Shown one piece after another: positions 55,301-64,000 of a DNA stretch of 64,000 nucleotides. The notes beneath the pieces were generated by a model, which saw only the letters and a list, made by a program, of their open reading frames with translations, searched no databases and was not told the origin of the DNA. Every line of letters starts with the position of its first letter. Within the stretch, counting starts at the first letter, position 1. A program made the translations under genes and the position numbers. The DNA is from Eledone cirrhosa (taxonomy: Eukaryota), in NCBI GenBank assembly GCA_964016885.1, contig OZ024742.1:52762001-52826000 (forward strand), in the 5' to 3' direction.

Positions 55301-58300
55301 TGGTGTTGGTGTTGGTGTTGGTGTTGTTGTTGGTGTTGGTATTGGTGTCGGTGTTGGTGTTGATGTCGGTGTTGTTGTTGGTGTTGGTGTTGGTGTTGGT
55401 GTTGGTGTTGGTGTTGGTGTCGGTGTTGGTGTTGATGTCGGTGTTGGTGCTGGTGTTGGTGTTGGTGTTGAAGTTGGTGTTGGTGTTGGTGTTGCTGTTG
55501 GTGTTGGTGTTGGTGTTGGTGTTGGTGTTGGTGCTGGTGTTGGTGTTGGTGTTGAAGTTGGTGTTGATGTTGGTGTTGAAGTTGGTGTTGATGTTGGTGT
55601 TGGTGTTGGTGTTGGTGTTGTTGTTGGTGTTGGTGTTGGTGTCGGTGTTGGTGTTGTTGTTGGTGTTGGTGTTGGTGTTGGTGTTGGTGTCGGTGTTGGT
55701 GTTGTTGTTGGTGTTGGTGTTGAAGTTGGTGTTGGTGTTGGTGTTGGTGTTGGTGTTGTTGTTGGTGTTGGTGTTGAAGTTGGTGTTGGTGTTGGTGTTG
55801 GTGTTGGTGTTGGTGTTGGTGTTGAAGATGGTGTTGGTGTTGGTGTTGGTGTTGGTGTAGGTGTTGTTGTTGGTGTTGAAGTTGGTGTTGGTGTTGGTGT
55901 TGGTGTTGTTGTTGGTGTTGAAGTTGGTGTTGGTGTTGGTGTTGGTGTTGGTGTCGGTGTTGGTGTTGAAGTTGGTGTTGGTGTAGGTGTTGTTGTTGGT
56001 GTTGAAGTTGGTGTTGGTGTTGGTGTTGGTGTTGGTGTCGGTGTTGGTGTTGATGTCGGTGTTGGTGTTGGTGTTGGTGTTGGTGTTGATGTCGGTGTTG
56101 GTGTTGGTGTTGATGTTGGTGTAGGTGTTGTTGTTGGTGTTGAAGTTGGTGTTGGTGTTGGTGTAGGTGTTGTTGTTGGTGTTGAAGTTGGTGTTGGTGT
56201 TGGTGTTGGTGTTGGTGTCGGTGTTGGTGTTGGTGTTGGTGTCGGTGTTGGTGTTGGTGTTGGTGTTGATGTCGGTGTTGGTGTTGTTGTTGATGTTGGT
56301 GTTGGTGTTGGTGTTGGTGTTGTTGTTGGTGTTGGTGTTGGTGTTGTTGTTGATGTTGGTGTTGGTGTGGGTGTTGGTGTTGGTGTTGGCGTTGGTGTTG
56401 GTGTTGGTGTTGGTGTTGGTGTCGGTGTAGATGTTGGTGTTGGTGTTGGTGTTGGTGTTGGTGTTGGTGTTGAAGTTGGTGTTGGTGTTGGTGTCGGTGT
56501 TGGTGTTGATGTTGGTGTTGGTGTTAGTGTTGGTGTTGGTGTTGGTGTTGGTGTTGGTGTTGTTGTTGATGTTGGTGTTGATGTTGGTGTTGGTGTTGGT
56601 GTTGGTGTTGGTGTTGTTGTTGATGTTGGTGTTGGTGTTGTTGTTGATGTTGGTGTTGGTGTTGGTGTTGATGTTGGTGTTGGTGTTGGTGTTGATGTTG
56701 GTGTTGGTGTTGGTGTTGGTGTTGGTGTTGGTGTTGGTGTTGGTGTTGGTGTTGGTGTTGTTGTTGATGTTGGTGTTGGTGTTGGTGTTGATGTTGGTGT
56801 TGGTGTTGGTGTTGGTGTTGGTGTTGAAGTTGGTGTTGGTGTTGGTGTTGGTGTTGATGTTGGTGTTGGTGTTGGTGTTGTTGTTGATGTTGGTGTTGGT
56901 GTTGGTGTTGGTGTTGAAGTTGGTGTTGGTGTTGGTGTCGGTGTTGGTGTTGATGTTGGTGTCGGTGTTGGTGTTGGTGTTGGTGTTGGTGTTGGTGTTG
57001 GTGTTGGTGTTGTTGTTGATGTTGGTGTTGGTGTTGGTGTTGATGTTGGTGTTGGTGTTGGTGTTGGTGTTGTTGTTGATGTTGGTGTTGGTGTTGTTGT
57101 TGATGTTGGTGTTGGTGTTGGTGTTGATGTTGGTGTTGGTGTTGGTGTTGATGTTGGTGTTGGTGTTGGTGTTGTTGTTGATGTTGGTGTTGGTGTTGAT
57201 GTTGGTGTTGGTGTTGGTGTTGGTGTTGGTGTTGTTGTTGATGTTGGTGTTGGTGTTGTTGTTGATGTTGGTGTTGGTGTTGATGTTGGTGTTGGTGTTG
57301 GTGTTGGTGTTGGTGTTGGTGTTGTTGTCGGTGTTGGTGTTGGTGTTATTGTTGATGTTGGTGTTGGTGTTGATGTTGGTGTTGGTGTTGATGTTGGTGT
57401 TGGTGTTGGTGTTGATGTTGGTGTTGGTGTTGGTGTTGGTGTTGGTGTTGTTGTTGATGTTGGTGTTGTTGTTGGTGTTGGTGTTGGTGTTGGTGTTGAT
57501 GTTGGTGTTGGTGATGGTGTTGGTGTTGGTGTTGGTGTTGGTGTTGGTGATGGTGTTGGTGTTGGTGTTGGTGTTGATGTTGGTGTTGGTGTTGGTGTTG
57601 TTGTTGATGTTGGTGTTGGTGTTGGTGTTGATGTTGGTGTTGGTGTTGGTGTTGGTGTTGTTGTTGATGTTGGTGTTGGTGTTGTTGTTGATGTTGGTGT
57701 TGGTGTTGGTGTTGATGTTGGTGTTGGTGTTGGTGTTGGTGTTGGTGTTGGTGTTGGTGTTGTTGTCGGTGTTGGTGTTGGTGTTATTGTTGATGTTGGT
57801 GTTGGTGTTGATGTTGGTCTTGTTGTTGGTGTTGGTGTTGGTGTTGGTGTTGGTGTTGTTGTTGGTGTTGGTGTTGGTGTTGGTGTTGGTGTTGGTGTCG
57901 GTGTCGGTGTTGATGTTGGTGTTGGTGTTGGTGTTGGTGTTGGTGTTGGTGTTGATGTTGGTGTTGGTGTTGGTGTTGGTGTTGGTGTTGGTGTCGGTGT
58001 CGGTGTTGGTGTTGGTGTTGGTGTTGGTGTTGTTGTTGATGTTGTTGTTGGTGTTGGTGTTGGTGTCGGTGTCGGTGTCGGTGTTGGTGTTGTTGTTGAT
58101 GTTGGTGTTGGTGTTGGTGTTGTTGTTGATGTTGGTGTTGGTGTTGTTGTTGGTGTTGGTGTTGGTGTTGGTGTTGGTGCTGGTGCTGGTGTTGGTGTTG
58201 GTGTTGATGTTGGTGTTGGTGTTGGTGTTGGTGTTGGTGTTGATGTCGGTGTTGGTGTTGGTGTTGAAGTTGGTATTGGTGTTGAAGTTGGTGTTGATGT

Positions 58301-61300
58301 TGGTGTTGGTGTTGGTGTTGGTGTTGAAGTTGGTGTTGATGTTGGTGTTGAAGTTGGTGTTGATGTTGGTGTTGGTGTTGGTGTTGAAGTTGGTGTTGAT
58401 GTTGGTGTTGGTGTTGAAGTTGGTGTTGATGTTGGTGTTGAAGTTGGTGTTGATGTTGGTGTTGGTGTTGGTGTTGGTGTTGAAGTTGGTGTTGATGTTG
58501 GTGTTGGTGTTGGTGTTGAAGTTGGTGTTGATGTTGGTGTTGGTGTTGGTGTTGAAGTTGGTGTTGATGTTGGTGTTGGTGTTGGTGTTGAAGTTGGTGT
58601 TGATGTTGGTGTTGGTGTTGGTGTTGAAGTTGGTGTTGATGTTGGTGTTGGTGTTGAAGTTGGTGTTGATGTTGGTGTTGAAGTTGGTGTTGATGTTGGT
58701 GTTGGTGTTGGTGTTGAAGTTGGTGTTGATGTTGGTGTTGGTGTTGAAGTTGGTGTTGATGTTGGTGTTGAAGTTGGTGTTGATGTTGGTGTTGGTGTTG
58801 GTGTTGAAGTTGGTGTTAATGTTGGTGTTGGTGTTGAAGTTGGTGTTGATGTTGGTGTTGAAGTTGGTGTTGATGTTGGTGTTGGTGTTGGTGTTGAAGT
58901 TGGTGTTGATGTTGGTGTTGGTGTTGAAGTTGGTGTTGATGTTGGTGTTGGTGTTGAAGTTGAAGTTGGTGTTGGTGTTGGTGTTGGTGTTGATGTTGGT
59001 GTTGATGTTGGTGTTGGTGATGAAGTTGAAGTTGGTGTTGGTGGTGGTGTTGGTGGTGGTGTTGGTGTTGGTGTTGGTGTTGGTGTTGGTGTTGAAGTTG
59101 GTGTTGATGTTGGTGTTGGTGTTGGTGTTGGTGTTGTTGGTGTTGGTGTTGATGTTGGTGTTGGTGGTGGTGTTGGTGTTGGTGTTGGTGTTGATGTTGG
59201 TGTTGGTGGTGGTGTTGGTGTTGGTGTTGGTGGTGGTGTTGGTGTTGGTGTCGGTGTTGAAGTTGGTGTTGGTGTTGATGTTGGTGTTGGTGTTGGTGTT
59301 GGTGTTGGTGTTGGTGGTGGTGTTGGTGTTGGTGTCGGTGTTGAAGTTGGTGTTGGTGTTGATGTCGGTGTTGTTGTTGGTGTTGGTGTTGGTGTTGGTG
59401 TTGGTGTTGGTGTTGGTGTTGGTGTTGGTGTTGGTGTTGGTGTTGTTGTTGGTGTTGGTGTTGGTGTTGGTGTTGGTGTTGGTGTTGTTGTTGATGTTGG
59501 TGTTGGTGTTGGTGTTGGTGTCGGTGTTGGTGTTGATGTCGGTGTTGTTGTTGGTGTTGGTGTTGGTGTTGGTGTTGGTGTCGGTGTTGGTGTTGATGTC
59601 GGTGTTGTTGTTGGTGTTGGTGTTGGTGTTGGTGTTGGTGCTGGTGTTGGAGTTGGTGTTGAAGTTGGTGTTGGTGTTGGTGTTGTTGGTGTTGGTGTTG
59701 GTGTTGGTGTTGGTGTCGGTGTTGGTGTTGATGTCGGTGTTGTTGTTGGTGTTGGTGTTGGTGTTGGTGTTGGTGTCGGTGTTGGTGTTGATGTCGGTGT
59801 TGTTGTTGGTGTTGGTGTTGGTGTTGGTGTTGGTGCTGGTGTTGGAGTTGGTGTTGAAGTTGGTGTTGGTGTTGGTGTTGTTGGTGTTGGTGTTGGTGTT
59901 GGTGTTGGTGTTGATGTTGGTGTTGAAGTTGGTGTTGGTGTTGGTGTTGGTGTTGGTGTTGATGTCGGTGTTGTTGTTGATGTTGATGTTGGTGTTGGTG
60001 TTGGTGTTGGTGTTGGTGTTGTTGTTGGTGTTGGTGTTGGTGTCGGTGTTGGTGTTGATGTCGGTGTTGTTGTTGGTGTTGGTGTTGGTGTTGGTGTTGG
60101 TGTTGGTGTTGGTGTCGGTGTTGGTGTTGATGTCGGTGTTGGTGCTGGTGTTGGTGTTGGTGTTGAAGTTGGTGTTGGTGTTGGTGTTGCTGTTGGTGTT
60201 GGTGTTGGTGTTGGTGTTGGTGTTGGTGCTGGTGTTGGTGTTGGTGTTGAAGTTGGTGTTGATGTTGGTGTTGAAGTTGGTGTTGATGTTGGTGTTGGTG
60301 TTGGTGTCGGTGTTGGTGTTGTTGTTGGTGTTGGTGTTGGTGTCGGTGTTGGTGTTGTTGTTGGTGTTGGTGTTGGTGTTGGTGTTGGTGTCGGTGTTGG
60401 TGTTGTTGTTGGTGTTGGTGTTGAAGTTGGTGTTGGTGTTGGTGTTGGTGTTGGTGTTGTTGTTGGTGTTGGTGTTGAAGTTGGTGTTGGTGTTGGTGTT
60501 GGTGTTGGTGTTGGTGTTGGTGTTGGTGTTGAAGATGGTGTTGGTGTTGGTGTTGGTGTTGGTGTAGGTGTTGTTGTTGGTGTTGAAGTTGGTGTTGGTG
60601 TTGGTGTTGGTGTTGTTGTTGGTGTTGAAGTTGGTGTTGGTGTTGGTGTTGGTGTTGGTGTCGGTGTTGGTGTTGAAGTTGGTGTTGGTGTTGGTGTAGG
60701 TGTTGTTGTTGGTGTTGAAGTTGGTGTTGGTGTTGGTGTTGGTGTTGGTGTTGGTGTCGGTGTTGGTGTTGATGTCGGTGTTGGTGTTGGTGTTGGTGTT
60801 GGTGTTGATGTCGGTGTTGGTGTTGGTGTTGATGTTGGTGTAGGTGTTGTTGTTGGTGTTGAAGTTGGTGTTGGTGTTGGTGTAGTTGTTGTTGTTGGTG
60901 TTGAAGTTGGTGTTGGTGTTGGTGTTGGTGTTGGTGTCGGTGTTGGTGTTGGTGTTGGTGTCGGTGTTGGTGTTGGTGTTGGTGTTGGTGTCGGTGTTGG
61001 TGTTGGTGTTGGTGTCGGTGTTGGTGTTGGTGTTGGTGTTGGTGTCGGTGTCGGTGTTGGTGTCGGTGTTGATGTTGGTGTTGGTGTTGGTGTTGGTGTT
61101 GGTGTCGGTGTCGGTGTTGGTGTTGGTGTTGGTGTCGGTGTCGGTGTCGATGTTGGTGTTGGTGTCGGTGTTGGTGTTGGTGTTGGTGTCGGTGTTGGTG
61201 TTGGTGTTGGTGTTGGTATTGGTGTTGGTGTTGGTGTTGGTGTTGGTGTTGGTGTCGGTGTCGATGTTGGTGTCGGTGTTGGTGTTGATGCTGGTGTTGG

Positions 61301-64000
61301 TGTTTGTGTTGGTGTTGATGTTGGTGTTGGTGTTGGTGTTGGTGTTGGTGTTGGTGTTGAAGTTGGTGTCGGTGTCGATGTTGGTGTTGGTGTTGGTGTT
61401 GGTGTTGGTGTCGGTGTTGGTGTTGGTGTTGGTGTTGATGTTGGTGTCGGTGTTGGTGTCGGTGTCGATGTTGGTGTTGGTGTTGGTGTTGGTGTTGGTG
61501 TCGGTGTTGGTGTTGGTGTTGGTGTTGGTGTCGATGTTGGTGTTGGTGTTGGTGTTGGTGTTGGTGTTGGTGTTGATGTTGGTGTTGGTGTTGGTGTTGG
61601 TGTTGGTGTTGGTGTTGGTGTCGATGTTGATGTTGTTGTCGGTGTTGGTGTCGATGTTGGTGTTGGTGTTGGTGTTGGTGTTGGTGTTGGTGTTGGTGTC
61701 GGTGTCGATGTTGGTGTTGGTGTTGGTGTTGGTGTTGGTGTTGGTGTTGGTGTTGATGTTGGTGTCGGTGTTGGTGTTGGTGTTGGTGTTGATGTTGGTG
61801 TTGGTGTCGGTGTTGGTGTCGGTGTCGATGTTGGTGTTGGTGTTGGTGTTGGTGTCGGTGTTGGTGTCGGTGTCGATGTTGGTGTTGGTGTTGGTGTTGG
61901 TGTTGGTGTTGGTGTTGGTGTTGGTGTTGATGTTGGTGTCGGTGTTGGTGTTGGTGTTGGTGTTGATGTTGGTGTCGGTGTTGGTGTCGGTGTCGATGTT
62001 GGTGTTGGTGTTGGTGTTGGTGTCGGTGTTGGTGTTGGTGTTGGTGTTGGTGTCGGTGTCGATGTTGGTGTTGATGTTGGTGTTGGTGTTGGTGTTGGTG
62101 TTGGTGTTGATGTTGGTGTCGGTGTCGATGTTGGTGTTGGTGTTGGTGTTGGTGTCGGTGTTGGTGTTGGTGTTGGTGTTGATGTTGGTGTCGGTGTTGT
62201 TGTCGGTGTCGATGTTGGTGTTGGTGTTGGTGTCGGTGTTGGTGTCGGTGTCGATGTTGGTGTTGGTGTTGGTGTTGGTGTTGGTGTCGGTGTTGGTGTT
62301 GGTGTTGGTGTTGATGTTGGTGTCGGTGTCGATGTTGGTGTTGATGTTGGTGTTGGTGTTGGTGTTGGTGTTGGTGTTGGTGTTGGTGTCGGTGTCGGTG
62401 TTGGTGTTGGTGTTTGTGTTGGTGTTGATGTTGGTGTCGGTGTCGATGTTGGTGTTGGTGTTGGTGTTGGTGTTGGTGTCGGTGTTGGTGTTCGTGTTGG
62501 TGTTGGTGTCGGTGTCGATGTCGGTGTTGGTGTTGGTGTTGGTGTTGGTGTCGGTGTTGGTGTTGGTGTCGGTGCTGGTGTTCGTGTTGGTGTTGGTGTC
62601 GGTGTCGATGTTGGTGTTGGTGTTGGTGTTGGTGTTGGTGTCGGTGTTGGTGTTGGTGTTGGTGTTTGTGTTGGTGTTGATGTTGGTGTTGGTGTTGGTG
62701 TTGGTGTTGGTGTCGGTGTCGATGTTGGTGTCGGTGTTGGTGTTGTTGTTGATGTTGGTGTTGGTGTTGGTGTTGATGTTGGTGTTGGTGTTGGTGTTGG
62801 TGTTGTTGTTGATGTTGGTGTTGGTGTTGTTGTTGATGTTGGTGTTGGTGTTGGTGTTGATGTTGGTGTTGGTGTTGGTGTTGGTGTTGGTGTTGGTGTT
62901 GGTGTTGTTGTCGGTGTTGGTGTTGGTGTTATTGTTGATGTTGGTGTTGGTGTTGATGTTGGTGTTGGTGTTGGTGTTGGTGTTGATGTTGGTGTTGGTG
63001 ATGGTGTTGGTGTTGGTGTTGGTGTTGATGTTGGTGTTGGTGTTGGTGTTGTTGTTGATGTTGGTGTTGGTGTTGGTGTTGATGTTGGTGTTGGTGTTGG
63101 TGTTGTTGTTGATGTTGGTGTTGGTGTTGTTGTTGATGTTGGTGTTGGTGTTGGTGTTGATGTTGGTGTTGGTGTTGGTGTTGGTGTTGGTGTTGGTGTT
63201 GGTGTTGTTGTCGGTGTTGGTGTTGGTGTTATTGTTGATGTTGGTGTTGGTGTTGATGTTGGTGTTGGTGTTGGTGTTGTTGTTGGTGTTGGTGTTGGTG
63301 TTGATGTTGGTGTTGGTGTTGGTGTCGGTGTTGGTGTTGATGTTGGTGTTGGTGTTGGTGTTGATGTTGGTGTTGGTGTTGGTGTTGGTGTTGGTGTTGG
63401 TGTTGATGTTGGTGTTGGTGTTGGTGTTGGTGTTGGTGTTGGTGTTGATGTTGGTGTTGGTGTTGGTGTTGATGTTGGTGTTGGTGTTGGTGTTGGTGTT
63501 GGTGTTGGTGTTGATGTTGGTGTTGGTGTTGGTGTTGGTGTTGGTGTTGGTGTCGGTGTCGGTGTTGGTGTTGGTGTTGGTGTTGGTGTTGTTGTTGATG
63601 TTGTTGTTGGTGTTGGTGTTGGTGTCGGTGTCGGTGTCGGTGTTGGTGTTGTTGTTGATGTTGGTGTTGGTGTTGGTGTTGTTGTTGATGTTGGTGTTGG
63701 TGTTGTTGTTGGTGTTGGTGTTGGTGTTGGTGTTGGTGCTGGTGCTGGTGTTGGTGTTGGTGTTGATGTTGGTGTTGGTGTTGGTGTTGGTGTTGGTGTT
63801 GATGTCGGTGTTGGTGTTGATGTCGGTGTTGGTGTTGAAGTTGAAGTTGGTGTTGGTGGTGGTGTTGGTGTTGATGTTGGTGTTGATGTTGGTGTTGGTG
63901 ATGAAGTTGAAGTTGGTGTTGGTGGTAGTGTTGGTGGTGGTGTTGGTGTTGGTGTTGGTGTTGGTGTTGGTGTTGAAGTTGGTGTTGATGTTGGTGTTGG
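49352..64000 (-). CDS. Candidate giant mucin-like PTS exon, (Thr-Pro)n with Ser/Thr/Ala substitutions, about 4,880 codons, 5' end beyond the window, ending ...TPTATTTI*
   Basis: Minus-strand ACA-CCA frame shows no stop from 64000 to TAG at 49354-49352. Variants are synonymous (CCG, CCT, CCC, ACT, ACG) or give TCA/ACA/GCA. Codon position 2 C is nearly invariant and the frame is the same at both ends. AATAAA lies on the minus strand at 48848-48843. Confidence 0.55.
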   Translation of the reverse strand, partial: PTPTSTPTSTPTPTPTPTPTPPPTLPPTPTSTSSPTPTSTPTSTPTPPPTPTSTSTPTPTSTPTPTSTPTPTPTPTPTSTPTPTPAPAPTPTPTPTPTTTPTPTSTTTPTPTPTSTTTPTPTPTPTPTPTPTTTSTTTPTPTPTPTPTPTPTPTPTPTPTPTSTPTPTPTPTPTPTSTPTPTPTSTPTPTPTPTPTPTSTPTPTPTPTPTPTSTPTPTPTSTPTPTPTPTPTSTPTPTPTTTPTPTPTSTPTPTSTITPTPTPTTTPTPTPTPTPTPTPTSTPTPTPTSTTTPTPTSTTTPTPTPTSTPTPTPTSTTTPTPTPTSTPTPTPTPSPTPTSTPTPTPTPTSTPTPTSTITPTPTPTTTPTPTPTPTPTPTPTSTPTPTPTSTTTPTPTSTTTPTPTPTPTSTPTPTPTSTTTPTPTPTSTPTPTPTPTPTPTSTPTQTPTPTPTPTPTPTPTPTPTSTPTPTPTRTPAPTPTPTPTPTPTPTPTPTSTPTPTPTRTPTPTPTPTPTPTPTSTPTPTSTPTQTPTPTPTPTPTPTPTPTPTPTPTSTPTSTPTPTSTPTPTPTPTPTPTPTPTPTSTPTPTPTPTPTPTSTPTTTPTPTSTPTPTPTPTPTPTPTPTSTPTPTSTPTPTPTPTPTSTPTSTPTPTPTPTPTPTPTPTPTPTSTPTPTPTPTSTPTPTPTPTPTSTPTPTPTPTPTPTPTPTSTPTPTPTPTPTPTPTSTPTPTPTPTPTSTPTPTPTPTPTSTPTPTPTPTPTPTPTSTPTPTPTPTPTPTPTPTSTPTPTTTSTSTPTPTPTPTPTPTPTSTPTPTPTPTPTPTSTPTPTPTPTPTPTPTPTPTPTSTPTPTPTPTSTPTPTPTPTPTPTPTPTPTSTPTPTSTPTPTPTPTPTPTSTPTQTPTPASTPTPTPTSTPTPTPTPTPTPTPIPTPTPTPTPTPTPTPTPTPTPTSTPTPTPTPTPTPTPTPTPTPTPTPTSTPTPTPTPTPTPTPTPTPTPTPTPTPTPTPTPTPTPTPTPTPTPTPTPTPTPTPTSTPTTTTTPTPTPTSTPTTTPTPTSTPTPTPTSTPTPTPTPTPTSTPTPTPTPTPTPTPTPTSTPTTTPTPTPTPTSTPTPTPTPTPTPTPTSTPTTTPTPTPTPTSTPTTTPTPTPTPTPTPSSTPTPTPTPTPTPTPTPTSTPTPTTTPTPTPTPTPTSTPTPTTTPTPTPTPTPTPTPTTTPTPTPTPTPTTTPTPTPTPTPTSTPTSTPTSTPTSTPTPTPAPTPTPTPTPTPTATPTPTPTSTPTPTPAPTPTSTPTPTPTPTPTPTPTPTPTTTPTSTPTPTPTPTPTTTPTPTPTPTPTSTSTTTPTSTPTPTPTPTPTSTPTSTPTPTPTPTPTTPTPTPTSTPTPTPAPTPTPTPTPTTTPTSTPTPTPTPTPTPTPTTTPTSTPTPTPTPTPTPTPTTPTPTPTSTPTPTPAPTPTPTPTPTTTPTSTPTPTPTPTPTPTPTTTPTSTPTPTPTPTPTPTSTTTPTPTPTPTPTPTTTPTPTPTPTPTPTPTPTPTPTPTTTPTSTPTPTSTPTPTPTPPPTPTPTPTPTPTSTPTPTSTPTPTPTPPPTPTPTPPPTPTSTPTPTPTPPPTPTSTPTPTTPTPTPTPTSTPTSTPTPTPTPTPTPPPTPPPTPTSTSSPTPTSTPTSTPTPTPTPTSTSTPTPTSTPTSTPTPTSTPTSTPTPTPTSTPTSTPTSTPTSTPTPTLTPTSTPTPTPTSTPTSTPTSTPTSTPTPTSTPTSTPTPTPTSTPTSTPTSTPTSTPTPTSTPTSTPTPTPTSTPTSTPTPTPTSTPTSTPTPTPTSTPTSTPTPTPTSTPTSTPTPTPTPTSTPTSTPTSTPTSTPTPTSTPTSTPTPTPTSTPTSTPTSTPTSTPTPTPTPTSTPTSTPIPTSTPTPTPTSTPTPTPTPTPTSTPTPTPAPAPTPTPTPTPTTTPTPTSTTTPTPTPTSTTTPTPTPTPTPTPTPTTTSTTTPTPTPTPTPTPTPTPTPTPTPTPTSTPTPTPTPTPTPTSTPTPTPTPTPTPTPTPTTTPTPTPTPTPTTRPTSTPTPTSTITPTPTPTTTPTPTPTPTPTPTPTSTPTPTPTSTTTPTPTSTTTPTPTPTPTSTPTPTPTSTTTPTPTPTSTPTPTPTPSPTPTPTPTPTPSPTPTSTPTPTPTPTTTPTSTTTPTPTPTPTPTSTPTPTPTSTPTPTSTPTPTSTITPTPTPTTTPTPTPTPTPTPTSTPTPTSTTTPTPTSTTTPTPTPTPTPTSTPTPTSTTTPTPTPTSTPTPTPTSTPTPTPTSTTTPTPTSTTTPTPTPTPTSTPTPTPTSTTTPTPTPTPTPTPTPTPTPTSTPTPTPTPTPTSTPTPTPTPTSTTTPTPTPTSTPTPTPTPTSTPTPTPTPTPTSTPTPTPTSTTTPTPTPTPTPTPTPTPTPTPTSTPTPTPTSTPTPTPTSTTTPTPTSTTTPTPTPTPTPTSTPTSTTTPTPTPTPTPTLTPTPTSTPTPTPTPTPTSTPTPTPTPTPTPTSTPTPTPTPTPTPTPTPTPTPTPTPTSTTTPTPTPTTTPTPTPTPTSTTTPTPTSTPTPTPTPTPTPTPTPTPTPTPTPTPTSTPTTTPTPTPTPTSTPTTTPTPTSTPTPTPTSTPTPTPTPTPTSTPTPTPTPTPTPTPTSTPTTTPTPTPTSTPTPTPTPTPTPTPTSTPTTTPTPTPTPTSTPTTTPTPTPTPTPTPSSTPTPTPTPTPTPTPTSTPTPTTTPTPTPTPTPTSTPTPTTTPTPTPTPTPTPTPTTTPTPTPTPTPTTTPTPTPTPTSTPTSTPTSTPTSTPTPTPAPTPTPTPTPTPTATPTPTPTSTPTPTPAPTPTSTPTPTPTPTPTPTPTPTPTTTPTSTPTPTPIPTPTTTPTPTPTPTPTSTSTTTPTSTPTPTPTPTPTSTPTSTPTPTPTPTPTTPTPTPTSTPTPTPTPTPTPTPTPTSTPTSTPTPTPTPTPTTPTPTPTSTPTPTPTSTPTPTPTPTPTPTPTPTSTPTSTPTPTPTPTPTTPTPTPTSTPTPTPTPTPTSTPTPTPTPTPTPTPTTPTPTPTPTPTPTSTPTSTPTPTPTPTPTTPTPTPTSTPTPTPTSTPTPTPTPTPTPTSTPTPTSTPTPTPTPPPTPTPTPPPTPTSTPTPTPTPPPTPTSTPTPTTPTPTPTPTSTPTSTPTPTPTPTPTPPPTLPPTPTSTSSPTPTSTPTSTPTPPPTPTSTSTPTPTSTPTPTSTPTPTPTPTPTSTPTPTPAPAPTPTPTPTPTTTPTPTSTTTPTPTPTSTTTPTPTPTPTPTPTPTTTSTTTPTPTPTPTPTPTPTPTPTPTPTSTPTPTPTPTPTPTSTPTPTPTSTPTPTPTPTPTSTPTPTPTPTPTSTPTPTPTSTPTPTPTPTPTSTPTPTPTTTPTPTPTPTPTSTPTPTSTITPTPTPTTTPTPTPTPTPTPTSTPTPTPTSTTTPTPTSTTTPTPTPTPTPTPTPTPTSTTTPTPTPTSTPTPTPTPSPTPTSTPTPTPTPTTTPTSTTTPTPTPTPTPTSTPTPTPTSTPTPTPTPTPTPTSTPTPTPTPTTTPTTTPTPTPTSTPTPTPTSTPTPTPTPTSTPTSTPTPTPTPTTTPTSTTTPTPTPTPTPTSTPTPTPTTTPTPTPTPTPTPTPTPISTPTPTPTPTPTPTSTPTPTPTPTPTTRPTSTPTPTPTPTPTPTTTPTPTPTPTPTPTSTPTPTSTTTPTPTSTTTPTPTPTPTPTSTPTPTSTTTPTPTPTSTPTPTPTSTPTPTPTSTPTPTPTPTPTPTPTSTPTPTPTSTPTPTPTPTPTPTPTSTPTPTPTPTPTPTPTPTPTSTPTPTPTPTPTSTPTPTPTPTPTPTSTPTPTPTSTPTPTPTSTTTPTPTSTTTPTPTPTPTPTSTPTSTTTPTPTPTPTPTPTPTPTSTPTPTPTPTPTSTPTPTPTPTPTSTPTPTPTPTPTPTPTPTPTPTPTPTSTTTPTPTPTTTPTPTPTPTSTTTPTPTSTTTPTPTPTTTPTPTPTPTPTSTPTPTPTSTPTPTPTSTPTPTSTPTSTPTTTPTPTPTPTPTPTPTSTPTPTSTPTPTSTATPTPTPTPTPTTTPTPTSTPTPPPTPTSTPTPTPTPPPTPTSTPTPTPTPTSIPTPTPTSTPTPTPTPTPTSTPTPTPTSTPTPTPTSTPTPTSTPTPTPTPPPTPTSTPTPTPTPTSIPTPTPTPTPTPTPTTTPTPTPTPTPTPTPTPTPTPTPTPTPTPTSTPTPTPTPTPTPTPTPTPTPTPTSTPTPTPTPTPTSTPTPTSTITPTPTPTPTPTPTSTPTTTPTPTPTPTPTPTSTPTPTSTTTPTPTSTTTPTPTPTPTPTSTPTPTSTTTPTPTPTSTPTPTPTSTPTPTTTPTPTPTPTSTPTPTTTPTPTPTSTPTPTPTSTPTSTTTPTPTPTPTSTPTPTPTSTTTPTPTPTPTPTSTPTPTSTTTPTPTPTSTPTPTPTSTPTPTPTSTTTPTPTSTTTPTPTPTPTSTPTPTPTPTPTSTPTPTPTPTPTPTSTPTPTPTPTSTPTPTPTSTTTPTPTSTTTPTPTPTPTPTSTPTPTPTSTTTPTPTPTPTPTPTPTPTSTPTPTPTPTPTSTPTPTPTPTPTPTSTPTPTPTPTPTPTPTPTPTPTPTPTSTTTPTPTPTTTPTPTPTPTSTTTPTPTPTPTPTPTSTTTPTPTPTTTPTPTPTSTPTPTSTPTPTPTPTPTPTSTPTPTSTPTPTSTATPTPTPTPTPTTTPTPTSTPTPPPTPTSTPTPTPPPPPTPTSTPTPTPTPTSIPTPTPTSTPTPTPTPTPTPTPTPTPTTTPTPTPTPTPTPTPTPTPTTTPTPTPTPTPTPTPTPTPTSTPTPTPTPTPTSTPTPTATTTI
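49360..64000. repeat. (GGTGTT)n hexamer-based array with kb-scale higher-order duplications
   Basis: Directly visible. Rare marker variants recur, e.g. GTGGGT..GGCGTT..GTAGAT near 50061, 52089 and 56367. Confidence 0.98.

Noticed and set aside
49360-60567. ORF-track poly(Leu-Val) proteins of 675, 1235 and 1378 aa
   Set aside because: This frame is repeatedly broken by TAG and is a by-product of the repeat; the stop-free frames are different ones.
49270-64000. Minus-strand Gln-His repeat protein
   Set aside because: TAA stops wherever ATT, AAT or AGT variants follow GTT.
49360-64000. Telomeric array
   Set aside because: Unit is GGTGTT rather than TTAGGG, and variation is codon-structured.

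Overview
Eukaryotic, AT-rich, microsatellite-dense genomic DNA. The SINE types and repeat landscape suggest an octopus or other cephalopod, but that is inference. Bases 1-48.9 kb are almost entirely decayed retroelements: several Penelope-like elements (PLEs; RT + GIY-YIG) embedded in (TA)n, many forming large inverted repeats and carrying minimal hammerhead-ribozyme motifs; one near-full-length Tx1/L1-clade LINE with a truncated sister copy and an ORF1-only derivative; an R4/Dong-like RT-REL element; an RTE fragment; and two tRNA-derived SINE families. From about 49.35 kb to the window end lies a >14.6 kb (GGTGTT)n array that never changes frame. It is open on the minus strand as about 4,880 codons of Thr-Pro/Ser (mucin PTS-like) and on the plus strand as an ATG-initiated (Gly-Val/Asp/Glu)n frame. 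The supplied ORF track misses both frames. The substitution pattern favours the minus-strand PTS reading. No other host exon could be supported.
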